Shown: positions 57,328-64,000 of the stretch, one piece after another
How the letters are laid out: every line of letters begins with the position of its first letter
Numbering within the stretch: position 1 is the stretch's first letter
NCBI GenBank assembly: GCA_964441265.1
Contig: CAYYKJ010000003.1
Span: forward strand, 23,428 to 87,427
Source of the DNA: an uncultured archaeon
GTDB lineage: Archaea > Aenigmatarchaeota > Aenigmatarchaeia > QMZP01 > QMZT01
DNA length: 64,000 nucleotides
Reading direction: 5' to 3'
The notes under the pieces: model-generated
What the model was told of the DNA's origin: nothing
The model's database searches: none
The model's input: the letters and a program-made list of their open reading frames with translations, nothing else
Translations under genes and position numbers: made by a program

Positions 57328-57678
57328 ATGGAAGACAGGCTGGAGACGATGTTCAGGGAACAGGAAAAACTGGACGATTACATAAGAAAATCAAGGGAAA
57401 AGCAGGGATCAGGATACCAGTATTCGGAGAAGGAATGGATAGACAGGCTCACCACCGCCATGATAGAGGAAGCGATGGAGATAAAGGAACATTCCGACTG
57501 GAAATGGTGGAAGAAGCCCATGGATTTCAGCAGGGAGGATCTCAAGGAGGAACTGGCCGATCTCCTCCATTTCTGGCTGTCCCTGTGCCTGAAGCTGGGA
57601 TTGACCCCCGAAGAAATGTTCGAGAAGTACATGAAAAAGAACCGCAAGAACGCCGAGAGGCAGGACAGGGGGTATTGA
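57328..57678 (+). CDS. Dimeric all-alpha dUTPase (dUTPase_2/MazG-like)
   Basis: EEAME...WKWWK...EELADLLHF...KNRKNAERQDRGY. Confidence 0.85.
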   Translation: MEDRLETMFREQEKLDDYIRKSREKQGSGYQYSEKEWIDRLTTAMIEEAMEIKEHSDWKWWKKPMDFSREDLKEELADLLHFWLSLCLKLGLTPEEMFEKYMKKNRKNAERQDRGY

Positions 57679-57712
57679 CAATATCTCTTGGTTCACGAAG
57701 ATATTTATCAAA

Positions 57713-59434
57713 TTATCCGTGTTTTTCGTGCTTTGGGTGCTCATGTTTCATTTTGGTTCTCGTTTTCAAATGATTGATGTGATTCGTTTTCTCTTTAAGA
57801 AATCCATTTAAATTCATACCGTACTTGGATATAAGCGTTGAAGCATGCTGACCTCCTAAAAAATACGGCATTAAAACGTACGTTGCCCCGTTTTCGTACA
57901 ATTTAAGTGCCTCGTCAATTTGATGGCACACGATTATTACTATTGAGTCTTTGTTGGATTCTCTCACCTTTTTTATCAGCAGCAAACTGGTTTCAACGTC
58001 GGGGATTGTTGAAATTATCATTTTTGTTCTTGAGAAATCCAGTTTATTCAACAAATCTATGTCATTAGCATCGCCATATCTGCATTCATAACCCTCACTC
58101 GCAAGCTTGGTGATCACTTCGGGATCATAATCGACAATGAGAAACTTCTTCTTGAGATTCTTGATGGAACCCAGCAGGCTGAAACCTATCCTGTCATATC
58201 CGAACAAAATGATGTTATATTTTTTGCCCTCGTGGTGAATATGTTCATCGATTTTTCTTCCTCTTCTTTCAAAAATACCAAGATATTTGGAAATATGAGA
58301 ATATAATTTGTTTGAGTGCATTATCATATATGTGGAGCCAAGGATTGTCATCAGTCCTATCGCAGTCACCATCGACAGTATTTCATTTGAAACATGGCCC
58401 ATTTTCACTCCCAGGGCCACCACTATGAGGGAAAACTCGCTTATTTGGGCCACGGTCAATCCGGCCATAAACCCGTTCCGTTTCGTGTATTTGAGCAGGC
58501 CCATCAGAATCATCACTATGAGCGGGTTTCCCACCAGAACGAATGCTGAAAAAACCGCAACAGGGAGCAGAAACTCTGAAATGTTCACGAAAATCATCTG
58601 GGACCCGAGCAAAACAAAAAAGAAAAGGATGAAGAAGTCCCTGAGCACGTTCATTTTTAATTTAATTTCATAGTGGTAGGGAGATATGGACAGTGATATT
58701 CCCGCAAGCAACGCCCCGATTTCTATTGACAGGTTCAAATAATCGAAAGCAACAGCCAGCAATAACAGCCATCCTATAGAAAAGAGTAATAAAAATTCCT
58801 GATATCTGCTGATTGCTTCAGTAATTCTGGGCAAGACAAAAATGCTGAACACTGAAATGAATGCCAATATCCCTGCTCCGATGAAAATATTCTCTACGGT
58901 AAGCGTTAGAATATCAAATCCGCTTGTGAAAGAGGATATCATCATTAAAATTATTATTGCGGTCACATCCTGCACAATGAGAAAACCCACTGATATCCTG
59001 CCGTAAAGGGTCTGCAGATCGCCTTTGTCCGAAAGGAGTTTCACGATAATTATAGTGCTGCTGAAGGTCAGAGCTATAGCAACATAGAGGGCAGTGATAT
59101 CAGAAAAACCAAAGAATTTTGAAATAAAAAAACCTATAATGGTGGTGAATAATATTTGACCTACTCCCGTTATGAGAGAAACCTTTCCAACGTTCTTCAT
59201 CACCTTCGGGTTCAGGCTGAGCCCTGCAATAAACAAAAGGAAAACCACCCCGAACTGGGAAAGAGTCGCTACTATGTCAGCGGACTTGACAATATTCAGA
59301 AACAGGGGCCCCGCAACAATACCTGTGATTATGTAACCTACTATGAGGGGTTGTCTAAGCAGTTTCATAAGTCCGGAGACAAAAACAGCAAGAATGATAA
59401 TTAAGCTTATCTCGATAAACATGCTTTCAATCAT
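57713..59434 (-). CDS. CPA2 cation:proton antiporter with TrkA-N domain (Kef-like)
   Basis: LRQPLIVGYI, FSSTIIIVKLL, AQISEFS, GYDRIG, YGDA. Confidence 0.9.
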   Translation of the reverse strand: MIESMFIEISLIIILAVFVSGLMKLLRQPLIVGYIITGIVAGPLFLNIVKSADIVATLSQFGVVFLLFIAGLSLNPKVMKNVGKVSLITGVGQILFTTIIGFFISKFFGFSDITALYVAIALTFSSTIIIVKLLSDKGDLQTLYGRISVGFLIVQDVTAIIILMMISSFTSGFDILTLTVENIFIGAGILAFISVFSIFVLPRITEAISRYQEFLLLFSIGWLLLLAVAFDYLNLSIEIGALLAGISLSISPYHYEIKLKMNVLRDFFILFFFVLLGSQMIFVNISEFLLPVAVFSAFVLVGNPLIVMILMGLLKYTKRNGFMAGLTVAQISEFSLIVVALGVKMGHVSNEILSMVTAIGLMTILGSTYMIMHSNKLYSHISKYLGIFERRGRKIDEHIHHEGKKYNIILFGYDRIGFSLLGSIKNLKKKFLIVDYDPEVITKLASEGYECRYGDANDIDLLNKLDFSRTKMIISTIPDVETSLLLIKKVRESNKDSIVIIVCHQIDEALKLYENGATYVLMPYFLGGQHASTLISKYGMNLNGFLKEKTNHINHLKTRTKMKHEHPKHEKHG

Positions 59435-59448
59435 TCACAAACCTCAAA

Positions 59449-59868
59449 TTACTTTTTTGCTTTAACCAGTCCGTACACCAATTCGAATGCATCAAGCTCA
59501 CCGACAAGTTTCCCCTTTTCGCACACAGGTATGTCCTGAATCTTGAAAACCTTGGCTACCCTCAGAGCGTCCTCCAGATCATCATCCAGCGTTACAGTTT
59601 CAGGCTCAATCATCACATCTTTTGCCGTTTTTATGGCCTTCTTTCCGAGAAAAAAAATAATCTTATTCGGACCTATGTCAGGTCTTACGCATTTAAATAT
59701 TTCATTGGTCGTTATTACGCCGATTAGTTTATTGGAATTGCCCACTACGTATACGTTTCTCCTTCCTCTGTCTTTAATGAAAATATCTATAACTTTGTCT
59801 ATTGGTTTGTCCGGATTTACTGTTTTTACTTTATCTGAAAACGCCCTATAAACATCCCCCACTTTCAT
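59449..59868 (-). CDS. CBS-domain pair protein
   Basis: VYVV...LIGVIT...AKDVM...IPVCEKGKLVG. Confidence 0.85.
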   Translation of the reverse strand: MKVGDVYRAFSDKVKTVNPDKPIDKVIDIFIKDRGRRNVYVVGNSNKLIGVITTNEIFKCVRPDIGPNKIIFFLGKKAIKTAKDVMIEPETVTLDDDLEDALRVAKVFKIQDIPVCEKGKLVGELDAFELVYGLVKAKK

Positions 59869-60003
59869 ATTTTTTTCTCCCCTAAGGTATGATTTATTAT
59901 TTGAAGGCGTCTGTATATAAGTTTACGAGTTTCCCGATTGTCCAATTAAGAAATACCGAACATCCGCAGAAAATGTCATATAACTTTCAAACAAAATATC
60001 GTT

Positions 60004-60250
60004 GTGTCAGATGAAAAATTTGCCAGGGCAATGAGAACATAATTGAGAGGGGATGTTCTGCACACACTGGATGAAAAAGGATCCGTTTCGGTGCATGAAA
60101 TAAAAAATGAACTGGGAATAGCAGAATCCCGTCATCAAGAAATCTTAAATTTCTCCATGATCTGGGTTCAGCGTATTTTGGAAAAAACATCCTGAAAAGC
60201 TCTACTCCCTGAAGCTTAAAGAAATCGGTGAATTGTTCAGGGTTTTATGA
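60004..60250 (+). pseudogene. Degraded ArsR-family regulator
   Basis: Pieces in shifting frames: EKFARAMRT*LRGDVLHTLDEKGSVSVHEIKNELGIAES / SRNLKFLHDLG / EKLYSLKLKEIGELFRVL*. Confidence 0.55.
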
Positions 60251-60545
60251 CAAAATTGCTGAAAGAATGGAAAATAAACAAAGCTGCGTTTTAAATCAAC
60301 GATGATCATCACAAAAAAACCCAAAACAATAATAACATGGTGATTTGTCACCGGAACCGGTCACACGGTCACAATTACATCCGTTACCAAAACAGTCACA
60401 GAGATACTGTTTTTTTTATCGCTGTCGGGAACAGAAAATAGTCTAGATGAATTTTGGATTTTATTCCCACTCAAGCATGGAACAAAATACCACGTTAAGC
60501 TGTTTGAAAACTAAAATGAAGCGGGTAACCCCGCCTGAAAATTAG

Positions 60546-60712
60546 GGAGCAGCGTTCTGGATTTCCCACCTATCACCGCCGAAAGAAACAGGCACGCCTG
60601 TTTCCTGCGAAACCCGAAACCTCCGGTTTCGGCAGTAATTCCCAGACCGCGGGGAGTCTTAACTTCTGTGTTCGAAATGGGAACAGGTGATCCCTCCCGC
60701 TTTGGCCGCTCG
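60546..60712 (-). rRNA. rrf: 5S rRNA, unlinked, with internal expansion (~167 nt total)
   Basis: GAGCGGCCAAAGCGG...CACCTGTTCCCATTTCGAACACAGAAGTTAAG...TACTG...TGGGAAA...GCTGCTC. Confidence 0.9.
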
Positions 60713-60770
60713 ATATTCTAATTGCCGGGCAAGGTTTATAAATCTTATTCCTCCATCAGAAGAGCGGCCT

Positions 60771-60947
60771 TCATGGTCCCCTGTGGCATGAATCCATCGC
60801 GGAGTTATAGGTCTTGAAGTCGATTTCATCCATCCCGATGGTACCGGGATTGGGTCTGAAAGAGCTTCCGTATATGTTTTTTTCGATTTGGGACTCGAAT
60901 CCGCGATTCCAGATTCCCCCCACGTAGCTTTTCTTTGTTACTGTCAT
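60771..60947 (-). CDS. Small hypothetical protein (58 aa)
   Basis: Strong GGAGGTGA RBS before MTVTKKSYVGG. Confidence 0.55.
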   Translation of the reverse strand: MTVTKKSYVGGIWNRGFESQIEKNIYGSSFRPNPGTIGMDEIDFKTYNSAMDSCHRGP

Positions 60948-61039
60948 TTTTTTCACCTCCTTTTTTCGAAACACGTTTGCAGGGAGATCATACCGGATCT
61001 AGAATCAGCGCCCCTCCAGACCCGGGTAACCCCCTGGAT

Positions 61040-61111
61040 CTAGATGAGCAGTATGATAACGACTAGGATAAGCAGGAGCAGCATCACCGGGATTTCTTTT
61101 ACTTGATCCAT
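61040..61111 (-). CDS. Tiny hydrophobic peptide MDQVKEIPVMLLLLILVVIILLI
   Basis: GAGGT RBS; followed by a hairpin. Confidence 0.4.
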   Translation of the reverse strand: MDQVKEIPVMLLLLILVVIILLI

Positions 61112-61178
61112 AGCCGTTACCTCTTGAGAGCAGAAGAGAAACCGTAGAATTCCAATCCGCGGCATCCCTTCCGCGGAT

Positions 61179-61235
61179 TTATGCGAGCAGTATGATGCCG
61201 AGGACAGGGCTGGCCATGACATCTTCAAAATGCAT
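61179..61235 (-). CDS. Tiny hydrophobic peptide MHFEDVMASPVLGIILLA
   Basis: Shares ATCATACTGCTC near its stop with the next peptide; followed by the AATCCGCGG/CCGCGGATT hairpin. Confidence 0.3.
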   Translation of the reverse strand: MHFEDVMASPVLGIILLA

Positions 61236-61389
61236 GTTTAGCGAACCGTCCCCGCGCATGATTACCTGAAAAACATTACGTTGCGCACTTATTTAAACAT
61301 TTTCTCCAGAAAAAACTGGACATTCCGGGGGAAATTAACAAAAAATGTTTTTAGATATATTTTTTAAGGTTTTGCATAGAAGACTATTA

Positions 61390-62067
61390 ATGGTACAGGT
61401 GGCCGTGAAAAAACGTGCCGGTAAGGCGGAAACGGGAATGGAACACTTGACCCGGAGAATAAGCTACCTCAGGGGAACGGAGATCGGCAACATAATTTCT
61501 GAGCGAATGAATCATTTCAGGGAGAAGAGCGAAAAGGAGAACGAGGAATGGTTCTCCGAGATGTGCTTCTGCCTTCTAACTGCCAACTCCACCGCCAGGC
61601 TGGGAATATCCATACAGAACGACATCGGTTTCGACGGGTTCTTCCACATGCCCCAGGGACACCTTTCATCCTATCTGAAGGGAAGGGGCCACAGGTTCTG
61701 GGGGAAGAGGGCGGAATTCATCGGGTGCGCCAGGGAGCACAGGAACGTGAAGGACACCCTCAGCGAAATGAACGATCCAGTAATGATGAGGGACTGGGTG
61801 GTCCAGAACGTCAAGGGACTCGGATTCAAGGAAGCGAGCCATTTCCTGAGAAATGTGGGACAGAAGGATCTCGCCATAATAGACAGGCACGTCCTCGACG
61901 TTATGCAAGGATTCGGGATGATAGAGGAGAAGCCAAAGACGCTGACCCCGAAAAGGTACGTTGAATTAGAAAACAAGCTCAAGGTCCTCGCCGAAAAGGT
62001 GGGAATGAGCATGGCGGAACTTGATCTCTATTTGTGGTACATGAAAACCGGAGAAATACTGAAATAA
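61390..62067 (+). CDS. ogg: 8-oxoguanine DNA glycosylase/AP lyase
   Basis: CFCLLTAN, KGLGFKEASHFLRNVG, AIIDRH, LDLYLWY...ILK. Confidence 0.93.
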   Translation: MVQVAVKKRAGKAETGMEHLTRRISYLRGTEIGNIISERMNHFREKSEKENEEWFSEMCFCLLTANSTARLGISIQNDIGFDGFFHMPQGHLSSYLKGRGHRFWGKRAEFIGCAREHRNVKDTLSEMNDPVMMRDWVVQNVKGLGFKEASHFLRNVGQKDLAIIDRHVLDVMQGFGMIEEKPKTLTPKRYVELENKLKVLAEKVGMSMAELDLYLWYMKTGEILK

Positions 62068-62075
62068 TAAAAAAT

Positions 62076-63548
62076 CTATCTGAGGAACTCGGCCAGTAGG
62101 CGCACACCGAAGCCGGTCGCGTTCTTGGGCTGATAGCTCCTCTGTTTCTCATACCATGCGGTCCCGGCTATGTCCAGGTGAACCCACTTCTTTGATTTTA
62201 TGAACTTCTTCAGGAACATTCCGGCGGTTATCATCCCCCCGTATCTGCCCCTCTTGTAGCCGAGGTTCTTGACATCGGCTATTTCCCCCTTCATCTCGTC
62301 CGAATATTCCTTGTAAGAGGGCATCCTCCATACCCTCTCGTAGGTCTCCTCTCCTGCCTTGGACATTTTCTCCGCGATTCCGTCGTCATTTGATAGCATC
62401 CCGGCAGCATATTCCCCGAAGGAAACCATGCAGGATCCGGTCAGCGTGGCCATGTCTATTATGGTATCCGCCTTCATGTCTTTCTCCGCATAGGCCATTG
62501 CATCCGCGAGTATGAGCCTCCCTTCCGCATCGGTATCGACTATCTGGACCGTTTTCCCCGAATAGGACTTGATCACGCTGCCCTGCTTGAACGACTTGGG
62601 CCCCACCATGTTCTCCGCCAGGGGCATCAGGCCTATCACGTTCTTCCTGATCTTCAGATCGGCTACGGTCTTCATTATGCCGAGTACTGTGATAGCTCCG
62701 GCCTTGTCCATGCGCATGTTCTCCATGTAGGGAGACGGCTTTATGTCCAGGCCGCCGGAATCGAAGGTGACCCCCTTGCCGACCAGAGCTGTCTTCTTTT
62801 TAGTCTTTGATCCGGTGTACTCAAGGACCACCAGCTTGGTCCCGTATCTGGAGCCCTTGCCGACCGCAAGCAGAAGGTTCATACCCTTTTTTCTCAGTTT
62901 TTTCTCGTCGAGTATGCTTATCCTGAGCTTTGTCTTCCCGGCCAGTCCTTCCGCTATCCTGGCTATCCTGTCCGGGTTCATGACGTCGCTGCCCTCGTTC
63001 ACCATGTCCCTGACCCAGTTCGTGTTCTCGCATGTTACCTTGGCGTCACGAGCGGCCTTCTTGACCCTCTCTATGTCCGGAAAGTTGTAGTATATTGTGA
63101 ACTCCTTGATATCTTTCTTTTTCTTCTTCTCCTCCTTCTTGTATTTGTCGAAGGAGTAATCTCCCAGGATTATTCCCTCCACAATCGCGGTTACTGCGCT
63201 CTTCTTCTGTATCTTACCGGACTTCTCGAAGAATACGGAAAAACCGTTCAGCTTGAGGGATTTTGCGACTCCCAAGGCAAGACAGGAGATTTTGCGTATG
63301 ACTTCCGGATCGAGCTTCTTTTCCTTTCCCAGCCCGATCAGAAGTATCCTCTTCTTACCGCCGACGTTTCTGAGAAGCGCGGTTTTCCCCTCCTCCCCGG
63401 TGAAGTCCTTTGAATTGACCAGATCGGAAATCTCCTTGTACTGGTGGCTCTTGTCCTTCATCTTCTTCACCTCTTCCTCGGTGAAGAAGAGAGCAAGCAT
63501 GCCGGATCTTATTCTGGAAAGACTCTGTTTCTCTATGAACATCCTCAT
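62076..63548 (-). CDS. pepA: Leucyl aminopeptidase (M17)
   Basis: VGKGVTFDSGG, MRMDKAG, DTDAEGRL, ATLTG, HLDIAG. Confidence 0.95.
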   Translation of the reverse strand: MRMFIEKQSLSRIRSGMLALFFTEEEVKKMKDKSHQYKEISDLVNSKDFTGEEGKTALLRNVGGKKRILLIGLGKEKKLDPEVIRKISCLALGVAKSLKLNGFSVFFEKSGKIQKKSAVTAIVEGIILGDYSFDKYKKEEKKKKKDIKEFTIYYNFPDIERVKKAARDAKVTCENTNWVRDMVNEGSDVMNPDRIARIAEGLAGKTKLRISILDEKKLRKKGMNLLLAVGKGSRYGTKLVVLEYTGSKTKKKTALVGKGVTFDSGGLDIKPSPYMENMRMDKAGAITVLGIMKTVADLKIRKNVIGLMPLAENMVGPKSFKQGSVIKSYSGKTVQIVDTDAEGRLILADAMAYAEKDMKADTIIDMATLTGSCMVSFGEYAAGMLSNDDGIAEKMSKAGEETYERVWRMPSYKEYSDEMKGEIADVKNLGYKRGRYGGMITAGMFLKKFIKSKKWVHLDIAGTAWYEKQRSYQPKNATGFGVRLLAEFLR

Positions 63549-63561
63549 GGAAATCACACGT

Positions 63562-63653
63562 TATTTCGGAAGACGGCTTTGTCCAATCGGTTCAATCCGC
63601 CACCTGCTATTTCGGAAGACGGCTTAATGCACCCGGTTCAGGCCGTCATGCGC
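63562..63653. repeat. Diverged tandem duplication of a 46-bp hairpin unit upstream of pepA
   Basis: tatttcggaagacggctt at 63562 and 63608, each followed by cggttca. Confidence 0.8.
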
Positions 63654-63698
63654 TACGTTATATTATAATATTCTTTTTGGAATATTAATGTTCCTGCA

Positions 63699-64000
63699 TC
63701 AGCCACCCATTTTCCTGAATTTATTCTGCATGAGAATTGCGTCCTGCTCTATGTTCGGGCTCTCGGAAATGACGACTCCCCTTATCCCGAATTCCTTCCA
63801 GGCCCTGAGCATCTCCATGTAATTTAATCCCGAATCCCCGAGGGGAAGGTGGTTCCTTTCACCCTTAGGTCCGTACCTTATTCCCGACATGTGGATGTGC
63901 ATATTGCGTATCGCCTCTTTTCCGAGACCCCTTTCTATTTTCCCGAGCACCCCGCAAAAACCATCGTAACTGTTGATCTTCCCTGTGCTCCTCGCGTGGA
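63699..64000 (-). CDS. Endonuclease IV-like TIM-barrel protein (3' part; runs off the window)
   Basis: HIHMSGIRYGPKGERNHL...VISESPNIEQDA. Confidence 0.85.
   Translation of the reverse strand, partial: HARSTGKINSYDGFCGVLGKIERGLGKEAIRNMHIHMSGIRYGPKGERNHLPLGDSGLNYMEMLRAWKEFGIRGVVISESPNIEQDAILMQNKFRKMGG

Noticed and set aside
60570..60630. BHB intron in the 5S rRNA
   Set aside because: No register gave a 4-bp central helix with two 3-nt bulges, so it is kept as an expansion segment.

Overview
Archaeal chromosome segment, about 50% GC. It is probably a DPANN lineage such as an Aenigmarchaeota-like genome; this is an inference from the split rpoB/rpoA, an unlinked 5S rRNA, an isolated L6-L32e pair and a phosphomevalonate kinase plus diphosphomevalonate decarboxylase cluster. 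Housekeeping genes include the RNA polymerase operon (intein in rpoA''), top6AB, tfb, aIF-1A, aIF-5A, pelota, hisS, trm1, ppcA and pepA. The strongest signal is in the RNA genes. tRNA-Asn(GUU) and tRNA-Lys(UUU) can each be rebuilt by hand from five exons separated by four bulge-helix-bulge (BHB)-type introns, with exons as short as 7 nt and possible tandem introns at one site. tRNA-Phe carries an intron at the same 59/60 position, and the 5S rRNA has an internal expansion. The left end holds a collapsed type I-B CRISPR-Cas locus: an in-frame Cas6/Cas3 chimera, a duplicated cas4 start, cas1 joined to an ArsR remnant, two interleaved ATPase-nuclease genes and no array. Several unexplained structured or repeated non-coding elements and tiny ORFs are also present. 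All calls come from reading the sequence by eye; no searches or folding programs were run.
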